Assembly (NCBI GenBank): GCA_963517385.1
Contig: CAUQEK010000001.1
Span: forward strand, 1-58,563
DNA length: 58,563 nucleotides
Direction: 5' to 3'
From: an uncultured Candidatus Saccharibacteria bacterium
GTDB taxonomy: Bacteria; Patescibacteriota; Saccharimonadia; Saccharimonadales; Saccharimonadaceae
This document shows, one piece after another, positions 16,348 through 25,194 of this stretch (positions within the stretch are counted from its first letter, which is position 1; the number at the start of each line of letters is the position of its first letter). A program made the position numbers and the translations under genes. The notes below the pieces were generated by a model, which worked only from the letters and a program-made list of their open reading frames with translations, did not search any database and was not told the DNA's origin.

Positions 16348-17436
16348 TTAGTTATTACTACCGACTAGAGACTCGAGATAGGCGTCGATAAAATTGTCAA
16401 TTTTGCCGTCAAGAACGGAGTCCACATCGGTCTCTTCGTATTTGGTGCGAGTGTCTTTGACGAGTTTATAGGGCTGCATGACGTAGTTGCGGATTTGTTG
16501 ACCCCAACTGGCGGATTCGCCAGCACGCAGTTGATTGATAGATTCGGCCTGCTGGTCTTGCTGCATTTTGAGCAGTTTACCGCGAAGAATCTCCATGGCT
16601 TTTTCGCGATTTTGAAGCTGCGAACGCTCGTTTTGGATTGCCACTACGGTATTGGTTGGTAAGTGAGTAATACGAATGGCGGAATTGGTGGTATTTACAG
16701 ATTGCCCACCATGTCCACCAGCGTGATAAGTGTCAATGCGCAGATCTTTTTCGTCAATTTTAAGATCATCTTCACTATCAAGAATTGGTAGCACTTCAAC
16801 TAGTGAAAATGAGGTTTGACGCAGATTATCAGCGTTAAAAGGCGAAAGACGAACTAGGCGATGTACGCCATGTTCAGATTTAAGATGACCATACATTTCT
16901 GGTCCATAAACTTCGTAAACGGCGGTTTTGATACCAGCTTCTTCTCCGGTACTTCGTTCGATCAATTCAATATCATAACCATGTTTTTCGAAAAACCTTA
17001 GGTACATACGCTCTAAAATACCAGCCCAGTCCATAGCTTCGGTGCCACCAGCGCCAGCGGTAATACGAATAATGGCGTCCTTCTGATCGAGTGGGTCGGT
17101 AAAACGGAGAGATTTTTTGAGTTCAGCGTAAGTTTTCTCGTGAGCGGTAAGTTGAGCCTCGATTTCTTCAGCAAGATCTTCGGCGGAAAGTTCGATTAAT
17201 TCATGCAGGTCGTTTGTTTGAGATTTGAGAATTTGCCAGGTACTAAGTTCGCTCTCGAGTTTTTTGAGTTCAGTATTGACGGATTTGGCACGAGCAAGAT
17301 CATTCCAGAGTTCGGGTTTGGCGGACTCTTCCTGGAGGTGGGCGAGCTTAGCCAATTTTTCATCAAGATTTAGCTTAGCCCAGGTATCATCAATTCCCTC
17401 TTGCAAGAGAGCGAGGCGTTTTTCGAGGTTATTCAT
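16348..17436 (-). CDS. prfB: Peptide chain release factor 2, uninterrupted ORF
   Basis: GAGGTEA, GVHRLVRLSPF (SPF) and GGQ; ATG at 17436 preceded by TATAAT-N6. Confidence 0.97.
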   Translation of the reverse strand: MNNLEKRLALLQEGIDDTWAKLNLDEKLAKLAHLQEESAKPELWNDLARAKSVNTELKKLESELSTWQILKSQTNDLHELIELSAEDLAEEIEAQLTAHEKTYAELKKSLRFTDPLDQKDAIIRITAGAGGTEAMDWAGILERMYLRFFEKHGYDIELIERSTGEEAGIKTAVYEVYGPEMYGHLKSEHGVHRLVRLSPFNADNLRQTSFSLVEVLPILDSEDDLKIDEKDLRIDTYHAGGHGGQSVNTTNSAIRITHLPTNTVVAIQNERSQLQNREKAMEILRGKLLKMQQDQQAESINQLRAGESASWGQQIRNYVMQPYKLVKDTRTKYEETDVDSVLDGKIDNFIDAYLESLVGSNN

Positions 17437-17497
17437 ATAGATATTATAACTGATAAAGTGACAGGAGATGAGGAAATGTGGTATAATAAAAACGTAT

Positions 17498-17572
17498 TGG
17501 AGATTCGCCAAGTGGTAAGGCAGTGGGTTCTGGTCCCACCATTCGGGGGTTCGAATCCCTCATCTCCAGCCA
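17498..17572 (+). tRNA. tRNA-Gln(CTG)
   Basis: Acceptor TGGAGAT/ATCTCCA, anticodon loop TTCTGGT, T-loop TTCGAAT, encoded CCA; TGGTATAAT promoter upstream. Confidence 0.97.
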
Positions 17573-17583
17573 AGTTGAAATTA

Positions 17584-17618
17584 TCCCCCCTAGACTTTAT
17601 AGTTTAGGGGGATTTTTA
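17584..17618 (+). terminator. Terminator of tRNA-Gln(CTG)
   Basis: TCCCCCCTAGAC...GTTTAGGGGGA followed by a T-tract. Confidence 0.75.
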
Positions 17619-17710
17619 TGACTGAATAATAATTAATGCGTTGCTTATGAAATTGATGTTAATAATTAGTGGTGGCGGATATTTTATTGAAAAAATACTA
17701 TAATATTTTT

Positions 17711-18256
17711 ATGGTTGTCTATGATATATATTTGCCGGCAGAATTAGAAAGGATTTTATCTAACTTAAAATTGGAGGGGAGAATTATTACTAAAATTGAA
17801 TCTCCTAGCTATGTTTTTGGATCTATGAAAAAGGACGGACTTGATACTGAAACGGGAAAATATGAAACCTGGTATAAGGATGCGGAGGTTGATATGCTGA
17901 CTTTATTGACGTTGGATGACGGTAGATGTATTGGTTTTGATTTTAGTTCAGCTTCTCGTGTTTCTATATATATAAATCCGGATTTTGATATGGATAAATG
18001 GACAGATCGTGAAGAAGATGAAGTGTCTGTAGCTGATTTATTCTTAAATATTATTGGTAAAAAAATAAAAGATTTCTATATACAAAAAACTGATAATGTA
18101 GATAAAATTTTTGAGGGCGGTGGTTTTATCGATGGAGGGTTCAATGAAGATCAGGGGTCTTTTATCTTGCGTCTCAATATTAATTTTGAAGATGGTGGAT
18201 GTCTATATTTTGAAAATAATATCGATTTTACGTTGGTCTGTCATAGGTATATTTAA
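17711..18256 (+). CDS. Acidic hypothetical protein
   Basis: Open AT-rich ORF; ATG at 17711 sits 6 nt after TATAAT (the track starts it at GTG 17669). Confidence 0.75.
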   Translation: MVVYDIYLPAELERILSNLKLEGRIITKIESPSYVFGSMKKDGLDTETGKYETWYKDAEVDMLTLLTLDDGRCIGFDFSSASRVSIYINPDFDMDKWTDREEDEVSVADLFLNIIGKKIKDFYIQKTDNVDKIFEGGGFIDGGFNEDQGSFILRLNINFEDGGCLYFENNIDFTLVCHRYI

Positions 18257-18308
18257 GTTATTGTGAATGTAAAAACGATATTCTGATAGGGTGATATTTT
18301 ATAAAAAC

Positions 18309-18338
18309 AAAAAATCCCTAAATCTTGCGATTTAGGGA
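18309..18338 (-). terminator. Terminator, probably the original tRNA-Gln(TTG) terminator displaced by the island
   Basis: AAAAAA-TCCCTAAATC-TTGC-GATTTAGGGA; the U-tract is on the minus strand; 12 bp from the att-like TGGCTGGA copy. Confidence 0.75.
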
Positions 18339-18666
18339 GCATAATTTCTGTGGCTGGACTGCGCTTACATTTCTCGAACTTTACATACTATTATGTCAAC
18401 ATAACTAAAGTATCTAGCCATATACGCAAGCCAGTCAAAAAGTAATTAGATAATAGAGGTAGCGACACTTCGTAATTATTTCGACCTAAATATGACTACT
18501 AAAAATAGAAAAATGGAGAACGGGTTTTTGTTATATCTGTCTAGCAATAATAGTCTTATGTGACTCAAGTGATAATAGTCAAATAGTTGTTAAGAAGTTA
18601 AGAAGATTATCAATAAGTATTGTAATCACCGGTGGTAAATATAATGAAAAATGATATAATAAAAGA

Positions 18667-19755
18667 ATGGATGGTAATAACCCAAGATTGTTTGGAATTG
18701 ATAATTCGAATAGAGATTTTTCTGACCCAGAGACATGGGGTAAAAATCAATTTAATTCGTCTTTCCCAGCATCACTGGCTTGTTACTTATTTTCTAAGGG
18801 GATACCAGCCGTGTTCTTGAAAGCAGACAAATCACTGAACCCCGTCATCGACTATATCGATATCGATAAGTTATTCCATATTAACCCATTGTCATCGGAA
18901 ACCTACTACTCATTTGAAAGCCCTTATATTCCATACCAGCAGTATATGTTCGGACTAATTCCGAGAAACGATTTGGTAATTCAGGATACACAAGGCAATT
19001 GTCGCAGTAGTTTCGAAATCAAACTTACCGCATTACCAGACAATGCTACTTGTAATCTTTCGGAAACAGAATATGGTTCAGAGGTGGTCATTAGGCCAGA
19101 TACTATTGTTTATCTCGCCTGTAATTTTATCAAGTTTTTTGACGGTAATCCTGAAGCGCTTAAAGGCTATCTAAAAATTGGTGATAATATCTCTGACTGG
19201 ACAGAAGCAGAGAAAGTTTTGCCGTATATTCACGACATCCAAAATGAAATAATGCATATAGTGGAAGACAAAAATTCACTCCAAGCACCAATTATTTTAG
19301 AGCCAATTTGGAAGACGGACGGAAAATCGCCAATTTTATCGGATAATTGTTTAGATGTATTTGTATGGAGTGATATTGGAATGCTCAATCTATTTATGCC
19401 GAGAGACACAGAAGAACTTACTAAAATTAGTCGCCATACAAGAACAATGGTTTGGCTCTATAAAATGCTTTACGACTTTTCTAGAAAACATCAGTTTAAT
19501 GGCGGACAGATTATCGACGCATTGTCATATAACACGAAAAATGACAAGGCATTTTCAACGAATGGAATGAGAACGCATCCATTTATGGATTGTAAAGAAC
19601 TAGTTCGCCCAAGAATTACAAAGTCCGAAATAAAAAACATTATTTTGGGTGGAGGCCAAAATCTCTTAAGCCCAGAAAGACGTTTTGATGCAATAATAGT
19701 AAACTCACCAGATATTTTTGAAGATACTTTTGAAGATACGGAGGAAACACAATAA
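18667..19755 (+). CDS. Type II restriction endonuclease, HindVP/HgiDI family (predicted GRCGYC)
   Basis: PRLFGI..SNRDF....WGKNQFNSSFPASLACY, EIKLTALPD, GSEVVIRPDTI and GGGQNLLSPERRFDA match the family; coupled to a C5 MTase. Confidence 0.88.
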   Translation: MDGNNPRLFGIDNSNRDFSDPETWGKNQFNSSFPASLACYLFSKGIPAVFLKADKSLNPVIDYIDIDKLFHINPLSSETYYSFESPYIPYQQYMFGLIPRNDLVIQDTQGNCRSSFEIKLTALPDNATCNLSETEYGSEVVIRPDTIVYLACNFIKFFDGNPEALKGYLKIGDNISDWTEAEKVLPYIHDIQNEIMHIVEDKNSLQAPIILEPIWKTDGKSPILSDNCLDVFVWSDIGMLNLFMPRDTEELTKISRHTRTMVWLYKMLYDFSRKHQFNGGQIIDALSYNTKNDKAFSTNGMRTHPFMDCKELVRPRITKSEIKNIILGGGQNLLSPERRFDAIIVNSPDIFEDTFEDTEETQ

Positions 19756-20678
19756 TGCGTTGTGTAGACTTATTTAGTGGTTGTGGTGGTTTGTCGTTAG
19801 GTTTTCAGAATAAGGGTTTTGATGTTGTTGGCGCATTTGAAAATTGGCAAATTGCCGTAGATTGCTACAAAGAAAACTTTGACCACCCAGTCTATAATGT
19901 AGATTTGTCAGATACGGACGCAGCGATCAAGGCAATATCTGCACTCAAGCCAGACATTATTGTCGGTGGTCCACCTTGTCAGGATTATTCTTCCGCAGGA
20001 AAACGCGTAGAAGCATCGAGGGCAAGTCTAACTGAAGATTATGCAATTATCGTAACGAGCATCAAACCGCCATTTTTTGTGATGGAAAATGTCGATCAAG
20101 CAAGAAAAAGTCAGGCCTATGCAAAAGCAAGAAAGACTTTCAAAGAAGCTGGATATGGACTGACCGAAATAGTATTAGACGCGAGCCTATGTGGTGCACC
20201 ACAAAAGCGCAAACGATTTATATGTTTTGGTAAGTTGAGTGCTGACGATAATTTTGCACTTGAAGAATTTACTAGAAGGCTATCGAAGAAGCCAACTACA
20301 ATTAGGGACTACTATGGCGATAGCCTCGGATTTGAGCATTATTATCGACACCCTAGAAATTACAATAGGAGGGCGGTATTTTCAATAGACGAACCAGCCC
20401 CAACTATGAGAGGCGTGAACCGTCCAGTACCAAAAGGATACAAAGGTCATCCGAAAGACACTTGCCCAGTAAGTGATGATTTACACGCACTAACCACTCT
20501 GGACAGAGCACTTATTCAGACATTCCCCAAGGACTTCAAATGGATTGGCAGTAAAACAGATACAGAACAAATGATTGGCAATGCTGTTCCAGTAAAACTT
20601 GCTGAATATGTTGCAGAGACGGTTTTGAATATTGAAAAAAGCGACACAAACGAAGCCCAACAAAATACATTATTTTAG
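19755..20678 (+). CDS. DNA (cytosine-5) methyltransferase, M.HindV/M.HgiDI-like
   Basis: Motif I DLFSGCGG, IV GGPPCQ, VI MENV, VIII QKRKR, X IGNAVP; TRD YYRHPRNYNRR...PTMRGVNRP as in GRCGYC MTases. Confidence 0.95.
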   Translation: MRCVDLFSGCGGLSLGFQNKGFDVVGAFENWQIAVDCYKENFDHPVYNVDLSDTDAAIKAISALKPDIIVGGPPCQDYSSAGKRVEASRASLTEDYAIIVTSIKPPFFVMENVDQARKSQAYAKARKTFKEAGYGLTEIVLDASLCGAPQKRKRFICFGKLSADDNFALEEFTRRLSKKPTTIRDYYGDSLGFEHYYRHPRNYNRRAVFSIDEPAPTMRGVNRPVPKGYKGHPKDTCPVSDDLHALTTLDRALIQTFPKDFKWIGSKTDTEQMIGNAVPVKLAEYVAETVLNIEKSDTNEAQQNTLF

Positions 20679-20765
20679 GCTTTACTGCTGATAATCTTAA
20701 TTACAAGAACTAACTTTTTTGGTCTTTTCTAATCTATAAGATTGGTAAAATGTTGTAATGTAAGT

Positions 20766-21120
20766 ATGGATAATGACTTGTTTACTGCTGTCGAAACACT
20801 CTATAATGCCTTCGAAGAGGTTCTTAAAAATGAGAAGAAAGATTATTGAAAATGTGGTATCAGGGATCAAGTAAAACAACTTAAAGAAAGTATCGAACAA
20901 CGTAATCTAACAGTTTCAGAGAAACTATTGTTATGCTATGGGCAAGAAGATGAAACGCTATTTTCGTCCAGGAAAGGCAATGAGCAATCCAAACAAAAAG
21001 CGTTTGATAAGCATAGATAGGCCCACGAAGAGGCGGCTCGTGTTCTTGATATATATTATGTCTTGCTAGAGAAAGAATATGAACGTGTTAGAAAGGAATT
21101 GGGTATAAAATTTGACTACG
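20766..21120 (+). pseudogene. Decayed hypothetical gene with two in-frame stops
   Basis: ATG 20766 MDNDLFTAVETLYNAFEEVL...; TGA at 20847 and TAG at 21018 interrupt one continuous frame that runs into ORF 21063; 3' end approximate. Confidence 0.55.
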
Positions 21121-21191
21121 AGCTAACGAAAAGCCACCAAAGAACAATACTACAACGCCATTCGAATATAATGAGAATAAAGGATAAAAGA

Positions 21192-21470
21192 ATGGCAAAC
21201 AATGATATGAAAGGTAGATTAGACTTACTTAGTCTTCTGACTGAAGAGTTGTCAGCGGGCGAAACCGTTGTCGACGTTAGCAATAAAACTAAACTTCGCT
21301 ATGCTTTATACTTACGCAAATCGACAGACCGTGAAGATAAGCAACAACTGTCGAGGTCACAAAAGAAAGTCTAAATGCTAAACAAAAAACAGTGGTCAGT
21401 AGTTGACCACACGCTTCGTGAACCATTCGACTAATTGGACGGAAATAGTGATAATTCTGTAATGGCTGGA
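21192..21470 (+). pseudogene. Large serine recombinase remnant (N-terminal catalytic motif joined to a probable C-terminal stub)
   Basis: LRYALYLRKSTDREDKQ (Y-x-R-x-S catalytic serine), then TAA at 21372; the same frame continues LREPFD*...MAGSAGFEP into the tRNA antisense strand. Confidence 0.8.
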
Positions 21471-21537
21471 TCGGCAGGATTCGAACCTGCGAATGCTGGG
21501 ACCAAAACCCAGTGCCTTACCGCTTGGCGACGATCCA
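21463..21537 (-). tRNA. tRNA-Gln(TTG)
   Basis: Minus strand TGGATCG...CTGGG TTTTGGT CCCAG...GCAGG TTCGAAT CCTGC CGATCCA G CCA. Confidence 0.97.
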
Positions 21538-21580
21538 ATCTGTTATATTTTAGCATGAAAAATGATTTTTCACAATAAAA

Positions 21581-22177
21581 TTAGATTTCGTAATAATGTA
21601 GGGCGCAGTTTGGATATGGTTCTTCGATGATATTGTCGTAAAGGAATGAGTAAAAAAGTTGTTCAGCAGTGCCGCCACGCAAAACAAAGTCAATCAGGCG
21701 AAGAAAATCACCGTGAGAGACAATTAAGATCGTGGCATCTGGGTCATTATTTTTGAATAATTCATTTTTAACGAAATCTTCTGCACGGAGATACATGGAA
21801 TGAATACTCTCCATGTTAAATCTTTCACTATTGAAGCGGTCTTTCCAGCTAATGCTGTGTAATTTTTGACTGTCCTTCCCTTCAAAAACACCAAAAGCCC
21901 GTTCGATAAGGCGTCGGTCGTACTGAATGTGGCAAAGATGCTGATGATCAATGTGGCTGGTTTTAGGGTCGAGGTGTCCGGTGACGATTTGAGCGGTTTT
22001 ACTAGTGCGCATCAGAGGCGAGGCGTAGCAGCGATCAAAATGTACGCTTTTTAGTTGACGTTTGATTTTAAGGGCTTGTTTGATGCCAGTGGTATTAAGA
22101 TTAGTATCGAGCAAACCGGCGTTCACACCTTGTTTGTTTGCATCGGTTTCGCCGTGCCTTAGAGTATAAATTTTCAT
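21581..22177 (-). CDS. Histidine phosphatase (phosphoglycerate mutase family)
   Basis: LRHGET, SPLMR, E-x-x-FG-x-x-EG, VSHG and PNC motifs. Confidence 0.92.
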   Translation of the reverse strand: MKIYTLRHGETDANKQGVNAGLLDTNLNTTGIKQALKIKRQLKSVHFDRCYASPLMRTSKTAQIVTGHLDPKTSHIDHQHLCHIQYDRRLIERAFGVFEGKDSQKLHSISWKDRFNSERFNMESIHSMYLRAEDFVKNELFKNNDPDATILIVSHGDFLRLIDFVLRGGTAEQLFYSFLYDNIIEEPYPNCALHYYEI

Positions 22178-22178
22178 G

Positions 22179-23741
22179 CTAATTTGCGGCTCCGTAATTA
22201 TTTAAAAAATCTTTGAAGAAAGGTTGATTTTCGTAGGTTTGATTATAGTCGAAATCACTTTCAGGCACTGGGAATGGGAGGTTAGCGTAGAGTGGCTGCC
22301 AGTAGCTGGAACTATTTGAAAGTGCTTTGGAAGTGCGGGAAGAAAGTGAGTTTTTTAAGAGATTGTTTAGGCCGAGGCGCTTAGTGGCTTCAGAGAGGCT
22401 AGAAATTAGGCCGCCGTTATTTTCTTGATTAAATTGTTTAAGATCTTCAATGAGAATTGGCGGAGAAGCCATGCGATGATGATAAGCGGTGCGTAGTTCC
22501 CCGACTTCGCCAACACATTCGAAAGGTTTCATAGTATTATCGACGCCAAGTAAACCTTTGAAGGTATTGAAAAGCTCAGGTTTTTTGAAGAGATCTTCGT
22601 CGTTAAAAAGAGATTGGAGATACTGAGGTGGGACAAAGGGGCAGAAAAGTAGGTAGGAATTGGCACATTTGGCACATTTGCCACACCATTTGAGGGTAGA
22701 ATTTTGATTCTTTTGTTTATAGTTGGCTTCATTACAGGAGCTGAAGCTATAGCCATACTCTTTCCAGCATTTTTGGACAAAAAGTTCAGCAATTTTTAAT
22801 TCGGTATATTGACGGATGATTGAGCCGACATGAAGTTCTGGTGAAAGATAGCGGTGCACGTATTCGGTGAAAAAACGTTCAGCATCCCAGGTTTTGGACC
22901 ATTGATGATTGACTGGTAAATCGCCAATCATGGCATGAGGTTCGGCACCTTCGTGGCCAATGCTGGTAAGGACTACATTTTGGTTATTTAAGATAGCCTG
23001 AATCAGGGCGAGGGCTTCAACAATAAAAGTAACCGGAACGTGACCGTTAAGGCCGTGGGATTTTTGAAGATGTGCGATGTCAATCTCGCGATAAACGATA
23101 CTGGCGTTCATGTGGGTAAAAGAATCGCCAAGTGTATCGATGACGTGAGGATGCGAAAGGCTAGGGTCGCTAGTGACATACCAAGGCTCAAACGGAATAT
23201 TTCGTTCTTTGAGCAGTTTTGCAACCAGTAGACTGTCTTTGCCACCAGATTGTAGGGCTAGATTACCTTGACCGGTATATTTTACGGCTGGCTTGGCTTG
23301 ATAATTCGGGGTGGGTTGGAAGTGGGCTAAATGAGCACGAGTAAGGCGGTTTTCGAAAGCGTATTGGCTGAGCCCTTCTTGATAAACCGTGCTAAAGAAT
23401 TGCGCCTGAAAGACGTCGATTGGTACATCGAGTTTGACTGCAGGAGTGGGATGGGTCTTATAATAACTAGTACCAATCAGAATAAAGGCCAGGAACATTG
23501 CGCTGTCGAGCAGCTGATCAAGTGCGGGATCGGCGGTGGGATTGAAGCGATATTTTTTATCAGCGTCGGATTTTTTGGCGAAATGAATTTTTTCGGTGAA
23601 GAAAATATTATCAATTCCCTGGTAGACAAAACTAGCGGTAAGAGTGGAGTGATCGAGATAATAACTGACAAAACGAAAAACTGGATTCCCAGAGGAAGGC
23701 TGATTGGTTGAATTAGAAAAACTAATAGCGTTTTCGTTCAT
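22179..23741 (-). CDS. murL: UDP-MurNAc-L-Ala-L-Glu epimerase MurL-like protein
   Basis: GTSYYK, SGGKDS (PP-loop), LNGHVPVT, VNHQWSK, FSSCN, WCGKCAKC and KPFECVG motifs; adjacent to murD. Confidence 0.85.
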   Translation of the reverse strand: MNENAISFSNSTNQPSSGNPVFRFVSYYLDHSTLTASFVYQGIDNIFFTEKIHFAKKSDADKKYRFNPTADPALDQLLDSAMFLAFILIGTSYYKTHPTPAVKLDVPIDVFQAQFFSTVYQEGLSQYAFENRLTRAHLAHFQPTPNYQAKPAVKYTGQGNLALQSGGKDSLLVAKLLKERNIPFEPWYVTSDPSLSHPHVIDTLGDSFTHMNASIVYREIDIAHLQKSHGLNGHVPVTFIVEALALIQAILNNQNVVLTSIGHEGAEPHAMIGDLPVNHQWSKTWDAERFFTEYVHRYLSPELHVGSIIRQYTELKIAELFVQKCWKEYGYSFSSCNEANYKQKNQNSTLKWCGKCAKCANSYLLFCPFVPPQYLQSLFNDEDLFKKPELFNTFKGLLGVDNTMKPFECVGEVGELRTAYHHRMASPPILIEDLKQFNQENNGGLISSLSEATKRLGLNNLLKNSLSSRTSKALSNSSSYWQPLYANLPFPVPESDFDYNQTYENQPFFKDFLNNYGAAN

Positions 23742-23761
23742 TACATTAATTTTATCAAAAA

Positions 23762-23836
23762 TGAGAGATTTTGGTAGATGGTTATGGTTATTTTAGGTTT
23801 GAGAGATTTTGGTAGATGGTTATGGTTATTTTAGGT
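23762..23836. repeat. Perfect 37-bp tandem duplication (period 38) including the murD stop codon
   Basis: TGAGAGATTTTGGTAGATGGTTATGGTTATTTTAGGT at 23762-23798 and 23800-23836. Confidence 0.95.
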
Positions 23837-25157
23837 CTTTCACGAGAGCTTGGAACTGCTCGCCGCGATCACTAAAATTTTTAAACATATCAAAGCTGGC
23901 GGCGCCTGGACTCATCAGCACGATGGCTTCTTTTGGACAATTTTTGGAAATTGGTAGGCAAAGATCGAAATTACTGGCGACGAGCTCGGTCTGGGCTTCG
24001 GCAAGTTTTCTTGCGATATTGACAGCTTCTTCGAGAGTTTCGGCAAAGCAATATTTTTCTGGGTCTTCACCTGCGGCGAGTCTGGTTTTGGTTTCGCCGA
24101 TCAGGATGATTTTCTTGAGATTTTTGGCGGAAAAGAAACGCTGTTTCATCTCGGTGAGATCGAGCCCGCGATCAAAACCTCCGGCGATTAAGAAGGTAGG
24201 ATAATTTTCGAAGGCAGCGATGGCGACGTCGGCAGCTGGGAAGGCGGAAGAATAATTGTCGTCATAATAGCGCACGTGATTGAGCTCGCGGACGAATTGT
24301 AGACGATGTGGTAGACCCTGGAATTTATGAAGTCCCGCGGCGATTTTTTGGTAAATCTGATGATTTTCTGGTAAGAAAAGTTCGTCGTAAGAAATGCCAA
24401 TCATGGCAAGTACAGCTAAAATAGCGGCTTCAGCATTTTCGCGATTATGTTCGCCAGGAATTTGTAGCTGGTCAAGTAGGGTGTTTAATTCTTCGAGATG
24501 AGAATTGATTGGATAAGAGAATTTTTGACCCTTGCTAAGTTCACCGATAGTTTCAGAATAAAGATTGTTGGCGTAATAAATACAGGAATCTTCAGCAGTC
24601 TGATTCAAAACGATATGAGATTTGGCATCGACGTAGTCATCGAAATCTGGATGACGGTCGAGATGATCAGGCTCAATACGTAAAACGACGGAGATGTGAG
24701 GAGATTTTTCGAGATCCCAGCATTGGAAGCTACTCATTTCGTAGACTACGATATCTTTTTCGGTGATTTGATCGAGCTCGAGGATGGCGGGGTTACCAAT
24801 ATTGCCAACCAGATGGACATTTTCGAATTTCTCAGAAAACTCACGTAAAATTGAGGCGATAATCGAACAAGTAGTTCCCTTACCCTTAGTGCCGGTGACA
24901 CCGATAATTGGGGCTTTGACATGACTAAAAAAGTAATTCGTGATAGTGGTCCAATTATCGATGAGATGAGGTGATTTTTGCTTGGCTAGATAAAGTGGAT
25001 GCACGGAAGGGCTACGAAAAACCAGGTCAAAATTTTCTAGACCAAAAGAATCAAGTTCTTCGTCAGTGAATTTCTCGAAAAAGGTAATTTCGTCCTGCTT
25101 AAAATATTCCGCAACAGCATTGCCTTCTACCCCTTTACCTAAAACTGCGATTTTCAT
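23826..25157 (-). CDS. murD: UDP-N-acetylmuramoyl-L-alanine--glutamate ligase (probably L-Glu-specific MurD2 type)
   Basis: GVTGTKGKGTT, GNIG, EMSSFQ, DHLDRH, LPHRLQ and MSPGAASFDMFKNFSDRG motifs. Confidence 0.95.
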   Translation of the reverse strand: MKIAVLGKGVEGNAVAEYFKQDEITFFEKFTDEELDSFGLENFDLVFRSPSVHPLYLAKQKSPHLIDNWTTITNYFFSHVKAPIIGVTGTKGKGTTCSIIASILREFSEKFENVHLVGNIGNPAILELDQITEKDIVVYEMSSFQCWDLEKSPHISVVLRIEPDHLDRHPDFDDYVDAKSHIVLNQTAEDSCIYYANNLYSETIGELSKGQKFSYPINSHLEELNTLLDQLQIPGEHNRENAEAAILAVLAMIGISYDELFLPENHQIYQKIAAGLHKFQGLPHRLQFVRELNHVRYYDDNYSSAFPAADVAIAAFENYPTFLIAGGFDRGLDLTEMKQRFFSAKNLKKIILIGETKTRLAAGEDPEKYCFAETLEEAVNIARKLAEAQTELVASNFDLCLPISKNCPKEAIVLMSPGAASFDMFKNFSDRGEQFQALVKDLK

Positions 25158-25194
25158 AAGTCTATTATAGCACTCTGATGAGGTTTGATTTTAG

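Larger units (their letters stand above)
18351..21470. mobile_element. Decayed integrative island at the 3' end of tRNA-Gln(TTG) carrying a type II RM system
   Basis: TGGCTGGA (tRNA 3' end) at 18351-18358 and 21463-21470; serine recombinase remnant next to the tRNA; displaced terminator just outside the left end. Confidence 0.75.

Noticed and set aside
17401..17607. 68-aa ORF spanning tRNA-Gln(CTG)
   Set aside because: It overlaps the tRNA, its promoter and the prfB start; spurious
20697..20900. 67-aa minus-strand ORF
   Set aside because: Antisense shadow of the decayed plus-strand gene; no recognisable motif
20766..21470. One long gene read through recoded stop codons (alternative genetic code)
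   Set aside because: The interruptions include TGA, TAG and TAA. RF1 and RF2 are both present and all three stops end normal genes in this window, so pseudogenisation is the simpler explanation
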